Source: Naegleria gruberi
Taxonomy: Eukaryota
DNA: 64,000 nucleotides
Direction: 5' to 3' (one strand)
Assembly (NCBI GenBank): GCA_000004985.1
Contig: GG738848.1
Both the position numbers and the translations under genes were made by a program. Below are positions 34,450 to 45,949 of the stretch, one piece after another. Every line of letters starts with the position of its first letter. Positions within the stretch are counted from its first letter, which is position 1. Below the pieces are notes generated by a model that saw only the letters and a program-made list of their open reading frames with translations, was not told where the DNA came from and did no database searches.

Positions 34450-37400
34450 TTATTGTCTCTTGTATTTGATGATATATTCAGGATAGCACTGATATCTATC
34501 ATAGACAATCAATTCTCTATATGAATTACTTGTAGTATTTGATTGGCCAATCACACTATCAAAGACTCTTCTATTCTTTCCAACAATTTCTGGAGGTCTT
34601 CTTTGATTGGTCATTCCTTGGGGTGTGAAATAGACTTGTCTTCCCAAAACAACTCTACACAGGAATATAGTATATTCCTTATTAAGGTCTGGAGTGCAAT
34701 ATTGGTCACTCTTTGAACAATACTCAGCAAAATAAACTCCAGCTCCAAATAAACCACCCAAACTTGCAACTCTTTCATCAAATCCATGTTCTGAAATGGT
34801 TGAAACAAATTCAGGTTTTGTTCCGTGCCATAAGTACTTTTCATTCATTCCACTATTCAATCCAACTGTTTTCATCCATTCGTAGGATTTGCTTGTTTTT
34901 GGCAATAGTTCTGTTTGAACTTGGATTGTCTTGATAGGATCTTGATAAGATGTCAAATGATTCATTCTTGATTTGTATGAAGTGAAAAGTGTTGCATTTT
35001 CAATTCTTGAAACACTTGAAACAATTAATTTGGAATAATTCATTTTCACTTGTTGATCTCTACCAGTTCCAAGTGTTGCAGAATTACATGAAACATTGAC
35101 AATATCTTGAATGGTATTTTTCAAATATTTTGTAACATCCACAATGTAAAATCTTTTAGAATAGGATGTGAATGTATTTCTCTTCCAATAACTTGGCAAG
35201 ACAATATTCAATTGTCTAGATTTGGATTCTTCCAATTCCTTTTCCATGTCTTGTAATTTCTTTTCCTTACTTTTCAATCTGCTAATTTGATTTGTAATTT
35301 CTTCTCTTTCCTTAACACTTTGATTGGTGAATTCCTTTGTTTTCTGTTCAAGTTTCTTGATTTCTTGTGTGAGATTGGATTTATCTTGTTTGAGATTGAA
35401 TTTAACTTGATTCAATTGTTTTTCATATTCCTTCAATTGTTTTGATTGATTTGAAATGGATTTGACTTGTTCTTGAACTTTGATTTCATCCAAGAGAGTA
35501 TCCTTCAAAAAGAATTCACAAACAAGAGCATCTGATGCAAATGGTCTGTCATTTGGATCATTAGTCATACATTGTTGAACTAGAGTATTCAATGATGAGT
35601 AAGTATTCAATTCTTGAGCAGTCATACAATTCTTGATGGTTTTTCCAAATGCAAACATATCTGATTTGAATGTTGCTGATTGACCATTCATTAATTCAGG
35701 TGATAGATAGTCATATGTTCCAGAAACAGAAGTTCTAGTGTACAAATTCATTGTTCTACTTTGAACATCCAAACTAACATCAAAATCTCCCAAAATAATT
35801 GGATATAGACCATTGTTACATTCTCCAACAAATATATTCTCAGGTTTGATATCACAATGAATGACACCTCTGGAATGAATATGTTGAATGGCAATTAATA
35901 CTTGTCTCCATGTTCTTTCCCAAAAAAGTACTTCTAATTTGGTGGATTTTCTTTGTTTTTCAAGAAATTCCTTCAAATTACCATTCGAATAATATGGCAT
36001 TACAATATAAACATTGTTGGTGGAATGGCTATTATCATTAGACATGTAAAATCCTTCAATTTCAATAATATTGTTATGTTTCAACTTTTTTGTAATCTTG
36101 AGTTCTTTTTGTAAACTTTCCAATTTTTTGTTATCCTTGATTGAATATTGTTTAATGATATGTTTCTTATCGTTAATATCAGTTCCAATAAACAAGTGAT
36201 GATTTCCATTCCAATCTTGAATTGGCTTAATTTCTTTGAATAAATCGGCTGACATTTCTTCAATATTCATTGTGGATGCAATACTTGATGACAGGATTGA
36301 CTCAACATTGAATCCAATAGTTTTCAATTGGAGGAACTTCAACTTGATTTCATTTGTCTGTTCAATACATTCCTTGAGTACTTTCTTTTTTTCTTGTAAG
36401 GTTGTTTCCTTTTCTTTAATTTCATCCTCAATTTGCATGGATTCAGTCTTGTTTGTAACATGTACTAATTCATCTCTCAATCCATCAATGTCAAGTTTAA
36501 TAATGGTCAATTCTCTTGTTACTCTTGCTTTCTTTCTTTGTAAAGCAGAATATTGTTCTGTCAATTGCTTGTAATCATTCATAATGTTTACAATATTTTG
36601 CAATTGTTCATGTTGTTCAATAATGAATGGAATGGTTTCTTGAATGAGCTTGTTTCCATTATTAAATTGATTTTGATAATCACAATAAATTTGATAAATT
36701 CCAATTTGAACTAGTTCAGGAAGCAAATTTTTAGTATTAGAAATTGCTTTTTGTAATTCCAATTCCTCCTTTGAAAGCATTTCCATTGCAATCTCTAAAT
36801 TATTTGCAATTCCATTCAAATTAACACTTGTGGCATTATTAATGGATGATGCAATATTTTGTAATTGAGTTGAAATATTTTGTAAAACATTTTTGGATTT
36901 TCCTTCATAATTTGAATCTGTAGTTGAACCATTTAAACTTTTAAGTGTTTTTTGAATTTTTTCAATTGTTAATTCCTTATTTAGGTTATCATTAGCATTG
37001 TAATATTGTAATTGATCTTGATTCAAGTAATTTTGAACAAATTCATCAAATATTTGTAATTTTTCATCTAATGCTTGAATATAGCTATTCAATTGAATTA
37101 AATAATTTTCTGAATTAATTCTTTCTACTATATTTGTAATATTTAACATGTCATTATTAATTAAAGCCACATGTTCAACATTTTCAATATCACACTTATT
37201 ATTCATCAATCTATCATTAATAGTTGAACAACATTCGGATAAAACTCCATTAATTTTCGAATAAACTTGTTGTAGCTCAGTATCAAATGATAATTGATCT
37301 GAAAGTGGAATTACCGAATTCAATTGAGAAGTTACTTGTTTTCTATATTGAGAAACTTTCTCATTCAATGAACACAACTCTGTGAAAACTTGAAATACTG

Positions 37401-38571
37401 AAAGGAAAGTTTGTTTCTTTTCCTTTTCAATTCTTTCCTGTTCAAGTCTTTCGTTTTCAATTCTTTCTTGTTCGAATCTTATTTGATCAGCACGTTCCTT
37501 TTCAAGTCTCTTCTTTTCCAACATTTCTTTTGTAATTCTTTCCTTTTCAATTCTTTCCTTTTCGAGTTTGTCGACTTCTTGTTTAATTATGGAAATTGAT
37601 TTTCCATTAATTTTTAAATTGTTATCAACAACGATATTTGGGGAAGCAAGTAGCAATTTGACAATTTCTAAATTTCCTTTTTGGCAAGCAATAAACAAAG
37701 GAGTGAACTATATATGGTAATATAACTAAATTAATAAATTAAATTTACTTACATTCTAATAAAAATTAGTAAAAAATTTAAATAATAATTGATTGCTTAC
37801 ATTCTATAATGATACATTGAGTATTGAAATATTTCAAATAAATTTTTACTTACATACTAAAATTAATTAATTAAAAAAAATTAATAAAAAATTTTTACTT
37901 ACTCGCTATTTAAATTTTAAATAAAATTAAAAAATAATTAAATACTCACATCCTAATAAACAATATTAAAAAATCAATTAAATTTTACTTACAAACTAAA
38001 TAATATTAACATGTAAATAATAAAATATTATTACTTACAAACTATTATTTTAAAAATTATAAATTTTAAAAATTAAAGCACTTACTCTCTAATAATTATT
38101 TAATACATTTAAAATTAAGTATATTAAGTAATACCTACTTCCTATATAAATATTAAATAAAAAATCGACCATGTAAAATACTTACATACTAAAAATGGAA
38201 TTAAATAAAAAAATAAAATTTTTAACTTACAGTCTATTAAAAATTAAATAAACATTTAAATATAAAACACTCACACCCTACCATCATTAATATATCCAAT
38301 ACATTCACTTCATAACTACTTACACACTAAAAATGTCAACTGTCAACACAATAAATCAAATACTCACACCCTTGTTCACATTAATTTCTGCATAATTCAA
38401 CAATAATTTAACAATTTCCACGCGTCCATTTTCACAAGCATTATACAACATTGTCTTTCCTATTTTTCCATTAGAATATTCATTGATATCTGCTTTTTTA
38501 AACCATTGTTTAAATTCCTTGACATTTCCTGTGGAGGCAGCATCAAGTGCGTTCTCAAAGTTTTTGGACAT
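34450..38571 (-). CDS. Ankyrin repeat / coiled-coil / protein kinase / coiled-coil / PARP catalytic domain fusion protein
   Basis: The first exon is 38368..38571, with ATG at 38571 after an A-run; it encodes ANK repeat 1 (GKTMLYNACENGRVEIVKLLLNYAEINVNKG). The last exon is 34450..37707 and begins FTPLFIACQKGNLEIVKLLL (ANK repeat 2). Kinase motifs are HSRGVIHCDIKPENIF, LGDFDVS and YDYLSPE. PARP motifs are YLWHGTKPEFVSTISEHGFD, GAGVYFAEYCSKSDQY and YRELIVYD, so the H-Y-E positions are all present. The region between the two exons is the mini-intron array listed separately. Confidence 0.88.
37708..38367 (-). repeat. Tandem array of 14 intron-like units (40-50 nt) separated by 13 spacers of exactly 3 nt
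   Basis: Read on the minus strand, every unit is GT[AG]AGT (9 GTAAGT, 3 GTGAGT, 1 GTAGGT, 1 GTAAGC) ... AT-rich ... TAG. Unit lengths are 41, 46, 41, 42, 44, 50, 44, 43, 40, 44, 46, 50, 45 and 45 nt. The 3-nt spacers (plus-strand coordinates) are 38324-26 TGT, 38275-77 GGT, 38231-33 ACT, 38186-88 TAT, 38139-41 GAA, 38086-88 AGA, 38039-41 TTT, 37993-95 TTT, 37950-52 GAT, 37903-05 CGA, 37854-56 TAT, 37801-03 AAT and 37753-55 AAT. The sum 621 + 39 = 660 nt equals the gap between the flanking phase-0 exons. Confidence 0.85.
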
Positions 38572-38807
38572 TTTTTTGATCTTGTTGAGCACTCATTCGA
38601 GTAGTAAAGATTATACACAAGATAACACTTCGTTTACTACTGTCAGATCACGTTTCGAGTTGATGGTTGATGGAATGGTTTCTAGAAAAGGAAGATCATG
38701 CCATAATACTTGGAAAAATCTAAATTGTTTTTTACAATGTAAATATTCTTCAAAATAATGTTCGAGTGGAATAGCTGATAAAGAGAATTCAATAAATAAT
38801 TATTTAT

Positions 38808-40349
38808 TCAATGTCCAAAATATTCAATATCCAGCAAGAAGAGAGAAGACATTATAAGTGTTCTCTCAAAGGGAGTGGTTTCCATTAGGAAATTCACCTT
38901 AATATAATCAGGAGTGTAACCTTTCAATTCATAATCTGAATTGAATTTATGAGTGATTGTTGCTACATTCTCTCCCTCAATATTTCTCACTTGAAATTGA
39001 TCTAAAACATGCTTTTCACTTGGTTCTTCCTTTTTTCCATTTGATTTATGTTTTGTAATGATAAATAAGGTTGCATATTTGTACTTGTCATGACTGGATA
39101 AATTACCATTCGCTTGCTTTTTCACACCTTCAACAGTTTGAATCAAATATTGAGTTCTGAGAGAGTAGCTCTTTTTCATAACTCTTCCCAAATCTCTTCC
39201 ACTCTTTGGTTCAATAATTTCCAATTCTGTGGAGAATAAATGATAGGGATGAATCAAATCAATGACACGATAGCTTTGTACTGAGGGTTTGTGAAGTCCA
39301 TGCAATTGATCGAGGAAGGAAAGTTTATCCTCTCTCAAAAGTGGACTTGGATCCATCATGGATTGATTCTCTAGTCTGTCCATTTCATTTTGAGTATAAT
39401 ACATGGACGCTTTAAATTGACGCTTGTGTCCATAGGTTTCAAATTCTTGAGCTGTAGAAGTTTCGAACGCTTCACATTTGAGCCCATTATTCAATTTAAC
39501 AATATACTCATTTCCAAACTCTTCTTTTGGACTTGTCATTGTTTGAGTATGCATCATGGTTGTGTTGGCTGTTGTCATTGAACGATTGTTATGTGTTGGA
39601 TTTCTTCTCTTCTTTCTGTATAATCTAATTTTTGTAACATTATTGAGAATGGCATAGAAAATATCCCTTCTCTCCCTCAAGATTGAATCCAATAGAATGA
39701 TATTCTCTCTTGTAGTGCCTCTCTTCTTCTTACTTGTCATATTTTCAATGAGTCCTGATTCTATGGTATGTGATTGTTGATTCAATTTGTTTATAGCTGA
39801 TGATCCAATTGAAAGATTGGTGCTGCTTGTACTAATTGTTGATGGAGAGGAGCTGACTGAAGAACAAGCTGAAGTTGCATTTGATGCTGCAGCAGAATGG
39901 GAGGAAACTTTCATGATTGAGAAGTGGTTATTCTCTACCGGTGGTATCTGAACATTAAGATTCTTCTTTTTGTTTTCAATGTTTGTTATTGAAGCGCTCT
40001 TTGGAGGTATTTGAAGAGGTGGTCTATTGTTTTGAGGATCTTGTACATTAGTTGAGTTTCCAATATTTGGAATTGTTGTATTTGGAGCAATTAAGAGTTG
40101 TTGAGAATCTTCAGTTGGTGGAGTCTTAACAAAACTCAAATGTTTGGAAAGTTTTCTTGTATGGAGGAGTGGATTGGGATTTCCTTCTCTTGTTGCATTG
40201 TTTATAATTGTTACGTCTCCTCTATTGTCCAACAATGAATTCCCAAATATAGTGCTCGGTTGAGTTGTAGTCAATTGACCACATCCAAGCATAAGTGAAT
40301 GTGGTGTTTGATTTAAATTAGGTTGTCTGTAGATTTGGAGTGGTTCCAT
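38808..40349 (-). CDS. Hypothetical protein: low-complexity Ser/Thr/Asn-rich N-terminal half and a globular C-terminal domain (possibly tubby/LOR/scramblase-like fold)
   Basis: 513-aa ORF with an ATG start. The C-terminal end DYIKVNFLMETTPFERTLIMSSLFLLDIEYF resembles the terminal helix region of the LURP-one/tubby-like family. This is a weak assignment made from memory. Confidence 0.55.
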   Translation of the reverse strand: MEPLQIYRQPNLNQTPHSLMLGCGQLTTTQPSTIFGNSLLDNRGDVTIINNATREGNPNPLLHTRKLSKHLSFVKTPPTEDSQQLLIAPNTTIPNIGNSTNVQDPQNNRPPLQIPPKSASITNIENKKKNLNVQIPPVENNHFSIMKVSSHSAAASNATSACSSVSSSPSTISTSSTNLSIGSSAINKLNQQSHTIESGLIENMTSKKKRGTTRENIILLDSILRERRDIFYAILNNVTKIRLYRKKRRNPTHNNRSMTTANTTMMHTQTMTSPKEEFGNEYIVKLNNGLKCEAFETSTAQEFETYGHKRQFKASMYYTQNEMDRLENQSMMDPSPLLREDKLSFLDQLHGLHKPSVQSYRVIDLIHPYHLFSTELEIIEPKSGRDLGRVMKKSYSLRTQYLIQTVEGVKKQANGNLSSHDKYKYATLFIITKHKSNGKKEEPSEKHVLDQFQVRNIEGENVATITHKFNSDYELKGYTPDYIKVNFLMETTPFERTLIMSSLFLLDIEYFGH

Positions 40350-40525
40350 TTTGTTTAACTGGTAAATAGTCGTTTAAATGAATTGTTCATTCTTGTATTA
40401 ATCAAAATGATTCTCTGTGATCTAGACTTTATTCAAGCTAAACCGTGTTCTACAATAATTTTCCTCTAAATTGAAGTAGTATAAATAAGTACAAAATCCA
40501 AAAATGTTTTAAAATTTTAACAATG

Positions 40526-41755
40526 TTAAAAGAGACCAAATCTTGTCAATTTTTTGGCCTTCTTTACACTATCAATACCTTTGTCAATATGGTTGTTGGC
40601 TGTTTCTACATTTTCTAGCATTGAATCCAATGTTTCTTGGTTCTCAATAATTATACTGTGCATGTCTTGATACATTCCGTGGAGTTCTGTGTAATCTGTT
40701 TCGAGTCTCTTTAAATCTTCGTGGGTTTCTTTGGCTATGGCTGTTTCTACATCTATAGTGTTCTTGTCCCATTGACTGAGGACAAACTTTTCCTTTTGTT
40801 GTTGTACTTGAACTTGTTGTTGTTGACCTCCATCAACTTCAAAGTTGTCATTCAAATCTGAGCTTGTTGATGGTTTCTTCTTTTCATAAATATCTTTAGT
40901 ATTCTCGCTAATAATCTTCTTATATGAGGCATTATTCAAAATTTTGGTAAATTTAGGTTTCTCTTCATTGTATTGTCTCAAAATTTTATCTGTTATAGAA
41001 TTCTTGGTAACTGTCTTGAAATAGGAATCCAACATTTTTTGGAGATCTTTCAGACGCTTGGTATGTTTGAGAATATCGTTTGTCATACGTTGTTGTGAAC
41101 TTGCTTTCTTTCCAAAATTATCCAATAATTTTTGTGTATTCATTGTGACTTTGATAAATTCCTCAATGGCAACTACAGCATCCTCATAAGAGTTGACAGA
41201 GTCTAATTCTTTGTTATCGTCATCATCCTCTTCATCAACATTTGGTGATTCATTGGAAACATATTCCAAATCATTATCTAATGAAGATTCATTAACAGCC
41301 AATCCATTAATTGTCAACTTCTTTTTTGTTTTAGCAGTCTTTGAACCAATCGATTTCAATCCTTGTTTAAATGTTTTCTTTTGAGTAATAGAGTTGAGAA
41401 TATCCTCAAGTTCTACTTGAGACATTCCTGTTTCCTTCTTTGCAATCACCATAACCATTGGTAATAAATAACTTTCTAATTTAGTCCAATCGGAGAGAAT
41501 TTCTGACCAATCATCAGACTCTGCAACTATAATTTTCTTCCCACTAAATGTTGACCTTTGGTCTAGGAAGGCTTCAGTCTTTATCAATATAACTCTATAA
41601 TTCAATCCACTTGGTTTTGAAAACAATCCTCTCTTAGCCTGTTGCAGAATCATAAAATCATTTTCATAACGAACCGTTTTTCCAAGAGCTGAAACAGCCT
41701 CTACCGTTGAAAAACTACTATTTGTTGAAATTTGTGGTGGGCAATATATGACCAT
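40526..41755 (-). CDS. Syntaxin-like Qa-SNARE motif protein without a C-terminal transmembrane anchor
   Basis: C-terminal heptad SNARE-like region: DLKRLETDYTELHGMYQDMHSIIIENQETLDSMLENVETANNHIDKGIDSVKKAKK. The Q in ENQETLD sits at the expected zero-layer position. The ORF ends 8 residues later (LTRFGLF) with no hydrophobic tail. No convincing downstream exon was found. Confidence 0.65.
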   Translation of the reverse strand: MVIYCPPQISTNSSFSTVEAVSALGKTVRYENDFMILQQAKRGLFSKPSGLNYRVILIKTEAFLDQRSTFSGKKIIVAESDDWSEILSDWTKLESYLLPMVMVIAKKETGMSQVELEDILNSITQKKTFKQGLKSIGSKTAKTKKKLTINGLAVNESSLDNDLEYVSNESPNVDEEDDDDNKELDSVNSYEDAVVAIEEFIKVTMNTQKLLDNFGKKASSQQRMTNDILKHTKRLKDLQKMLDSYFKTVTKNSITDKILRQYNEEKPKFTKILNNASYKKIISENTKDIYEKKKPSTSSDLNDNFEVDGGQQQQVQVQQQKEKFVLSQWDKNTIDVETAIAKETHEDLKRLETDYTELHGMYQDMHSIIIENQETLDSMLENVETANNHIDKGIDSVKKAKKLTRFGLF

Positions 41756-42507
41756 TTTCTTTTCTGTACAAAATTGTTATATTATAATACTATATTAAAT
41801 ATTATTATTATTAATTATTAGTTATATTTGATGATGAACGTTTGTTCTAACAACTCTCCGGGTTCAAAGTCTTGGAAAAAAATCTAGGAAAAAATTTGTG
41901 ATGACGGAGTTGAGAGTTTTTTTTATGTGATGTGTAATCTTTCGATCCAGATGAGAATTCGTTAGTAACAAACGACTAGTCTTGATTTATTTGGAATTAT
42001 GATTTAAGGAGTTCTATTTGGGTTGAATTTTGTTGAATTATGTGAATTTTTTTGTAAGCTATTTAGTTTTAATAACAAATAAGATCTGAAAATGATTTAA
42101 CCCAACTCAAATATGAAAGAGTTTTGATTTTTTGAATCATTAAGATTTTACGAGAGACGTTTGATTTTCAAGTTGTTATCACAAAGACGATTTAAATCGT
42201 CCAGTATCGTTTCTTTTTTTATAAGGAAGTTTAACATTAGTTTTTGTGTTAGGCTTAAAACGTTAAAATATCTTAAGCTTGTCAACCTCAAGAAGTATTC
42301 AAGTATCAATCATTAGTTACATAATCTTCAACTATTTAATCTTCTGCCATATAATCAAAGTAGATACATTTTCGTATTCCCAGGTACCACTTCATTGCTC
42401 AAGCATATTCCACTCTTTTAGAAATGAAACCAAGAATCCAGATCTTTCAATCCAAATCTTCAGTAATTGAAACTATTAGTATTTAAACCTCTACAGTAAA
42501 TTTAGCA

Positions 42508-44382
42508 TTATTTCAAACCATCTAAACACAATTTTAAATCATTTTTAGAACAGGGCTTTAAGAGAATTTTGTCGAAAATTTCTCTACTTTGTTCTTCCTC
42601 TGCCGTCAGAACATTTCCTGTGATTAAAATTAGTTTGAAACTATTTCCGTATAATCTCCTTAATTCTTTTCCTGCTTCCAATCCGTTCATATTGGGCATA
42701 TTCTATTTACGCATAGTATTATATATTAATATCAATTAAATATTGGTAATGAAACAAACCATATCTGTAAATACAATTTTGTGATTTTTGTAATTGTCTA
42801 AAAGCTCGCGTCCATCTGAAACTGAATCTGCAGCATATCCCAAGGTACTGAGCATTTTTAAAAGGATTTTTCTATTAACTGGATTATCTTCTGCGAGTAT
42901 GATTTCATTTTCTGATTGTTTGGAACTGGAAGCAGCTGATGAAAGTCTTAAATGTTCCTCATGAATTGTCAATTGTGACTCTACAATCCGTTCCACTGTT
43001 ACTGATTCATTATCAACAAAGTCAGCAAGTTCAAATGGTATTGTAACAGCAAAGTCACTTCCAACTCCAACTGTTGAGTCAACATTAATGGTTCCTTTCA
43101 TATGATTTAATAATATGGAAACAGTTGTTAATCCTAATCCCGAACTTGGTACCTTTGATTCATTATTATTATCCAGTTGGACAAATGGCTCAAATATTTT
43201 GGAAATCAATTCTTTAGGAATTCCCTTTCCCTTGTCTGATATTTTAAATTCAATTTTGGCTGATTTTTCATTCTTTTCCAAGATAGTAGCAGTTAGAGTT
43301 ACATTTGATTTAGGCTTGGATGCCTTGATAGAGTTAGTTAATAAATTAGAGAGTATTTGATAAATGTAAGATCTGTTGCTTTTCACTATCGTATGTGAGA
43401 GTGAATCACAAATAAAATTTAGGTTGATTTCGAATTGCTTTGCATATCCTGAAATAATATTTTGAAGATCAAAGAGACATTTTTCCAGTTCAAAACTTTC
43501 CTTCTTAATTTCATGATCAATTTTTTCTTGGTTAGTTTCATTCTCAATTCTAATTATTTGCAAAATATCCTCAATTAATAGAAGTAAAACATTGTTCGAG
43601 GAAAGGGCCATATCCACTAATTCTGTTTGTGATGAATTTAATTTAGTTTCCTTCAGTAATTCTAAGCATCCTCTGCTTGACATTATAGGACATCTAAATT
43701 CATGTGAGACATGACTCAGAAATGTATTCCTGACCGTTAAAGCTTCCTCCAATTTGGCCCTAGTTTGCTCCAACTTTTCAACCTTCATTGATAGGTATCC
43801 AGTTACGTTGACCAAACTATAAGTTAAAATCCAAAACGAGGCAGCCAATCCAAATGATTCACACAATGAAGTAATCATGTCTACCGTTAATCCGTTAGCA
43901 ATATAGTCCACTATCCCAGTATAAATTCCACATGAAACAAACAGTGTAGTAAAATATAGAGTTGGTATCAGTCCCAGAACTGTTGATTGTAAATACCACT
44001 TATTCTCAAATAGTAACCATATTATCACAGCAGGAATGAACAAAATCTTATTCGATTTGAACAAGAAATACCGTATAGTTGCCGAAACAACCCTTCCCAG
44101 CAGAATATGCCAATCCATTGTCTTGGTTGTATCCTCATTATTTAAAATATTGGCAAGACTCGATCTATTAGAAACAAACAAAAACAAGGCTATTGAAATA
44201 TTCAACAAATTCCCTATCCAATCCAAAGAAACCAATCCATATACTATTGCCAATACATTACAAATCATTAAACTCAAAACAACTCCTTTAGGTGATGAAA
44301 TCATCCTTAACAATTTCAATTCCCATTCACTTCCTTTCCTAGCTGCCACAAAATCATATACTTTAAATTCTTTCCTATTCAT
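42508..44382 (-). CDS. Hybrid sensor histidine kinase (multi-TM N-terminus, HisKA, HATPase_c, receiver domain)
   Basis: Exons 42760..44382 and 42508..42702. The intron 42703..42759 is 57 nt (GTTTGT..TAG), phase 0, and splits the receiver at FTDM|NMPNMNG. The H-box is FLSHVSHEFRCPI. The G-boxes are SDKGKGIP and SSGLGLTTV. Receiver residues are ILAEDNPVNRKI, FTDMNMP and LLKP. Confidence 0.88.
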
Positions 44383-44862
44383 CCACGATGGTTTTTCCCT
44401 CCGTCTTGTATTATTAATATGTATGCAATGATTATCATCAATAATATTTCTTTACATATTTCCGATCTAAATAATTAAAAAACATACTCCAAATTTACAA
44501 CAGGTCGATAATTATCTTGCTGCAGCTGCTCTGATGATGTACCGTTTGCGTTTGTTGAAGAATTTTCACCACTGCTAACATGATTAGTAGAAGTTGGACT
44601 TTGGTGCGTGGGCATTTTTTTGTTATTATTATTCAATTTAAACAAGTTTGGAATTTTTACAGCGCACAATGCAAAAATGAACTACAAACAAGAATGGTAC
44701 AAAAATCTCCATAGATGAATAGATTCCACAAATGCGGAGATGCTCCTAAGTAGGAGAACTAGCATAGTTACGCAGACTTCCTTAGTTTTCCTAAAGTTAA
44801 AAACTTGGCGGAGACATGCTGTGATGGATACAAATATTACACAATTTTTATTATTGACAATT

Positions 44863-45949
44863 TTAATCAAGGAAACCTTGAACTTTCTTTGAAGTGTAGG
44901 CACTTTGTAAGTATTCAACTTCTTCCTTGGTCAACTCAATTTCACAAGCAGCAACACTCAATTCTACATTTGCTTCCTTAGTTGCTCCAATGATTGGACT
45001 TGCAACTCCTGGCTTTGCTAATAACCAAGCGATGGCAATTTGAGCGGGAGTGTAGTTTCTCTTTTTAGCAATTTCTGAAACTCTTCTCATTGTTTCTTTG
45101 TCGCCTTCTGTCAATTGCTCAATCATTTGTTTTTGGAAGAAATCAGAGGTTGATCTTTTGGATTCTCCTTCAATTCGTTCAGTTTCGACAAAGTCATGAG
45201 CTCTAGCTAACATTCCATTAGAGAGAGGACCCCAAGGAGTGAGAGAAACCTTTTGATCGACACAGAGTGGTACCATTTCTCTTTCCTCTTCTCTGTAGAG
45301 TAAATTATACAGATTTTGCATGGAAATAAACTTGGTTAAACCTTTAGTTTCAGCATAATGTTGAGCTTTAGCAAATTGCCAAGCAAACATTGTAGAAGCG
45401 CCAATGTATCTGACCTTTCCTGACTTAACAAGTTCATGAAGAGTTTGCATGGTTTCTTCAATTGGAGTATCCTTATCCCAACGATGAATAATATACAAAT
45501 CAATATCTGAAACCATTAGTTTAGAATAAAACAAAGCAGAATAACTTACAATCAGTTCCCAATCTTTCCAAAGAGTCCTCAACAGCTTGCAAAATATGCT
45601 TTCTTGAAAGACCATGAGAATTAGGTTTCTTTTCCTTGCTAAGCAAAAGTATTTTTTGTTCACCTGATTTGTCAACTGGACCAAAAACTTTGGTAGCAAT
45701 CACAACTTGTTCTCTTGGAATGTTGTTTTCCTTAATAAATTTACCCAAGATTCTTTCACTATCTCCATTGCTATAGATATTGGCAGTATCAAAGAAGTTG
45801 ATTCCCAAGTCCCAAGCTTTCTTAAGAATTGGCATTGAGGCACTTTCGTCCAATACCCAATCTGCAAATTTTGGAGAACCGAAACTCATACAACCCAAGC
45901 TGAGTTGAGAAACCTTCAAACCAGAATTACCCAAGTTAACGTATTTCAT
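44863..45949 (-). CDS. Aldo-keto reductase family protein
   Basis: Exons 45550..45949 and 44863..45506. The intron 45507..45549 is 43 nt (GTAAGT..CAG), phase 1, and restores LERLGTD-Y-IDLYIIHRWD. Other AKR motifs are GINFFDTANIYSNGDSE and VRYIGAS. Confidence 0.92.

Noticed and set aside
37708-38367. Reading the about 47-bp periodic array as a CRISPR-like or satellite repeat
   Set aside because: The units are not identical repeats with unique spacers. Only the splice-signal-like core (TAG NNN GTAAGTA) recurs. The array sits between two in-frame exons of a eukaryotic gene, so I interpret it as an intron array.
40441-40560. Searching downstream of the SNARE gene for a spliced TM-anchor exon
   Set aside because: The only GT near the stop codon (GGTCTC) is a poor donor. 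The possible downstream reading frames encode no hydrophobic segment.
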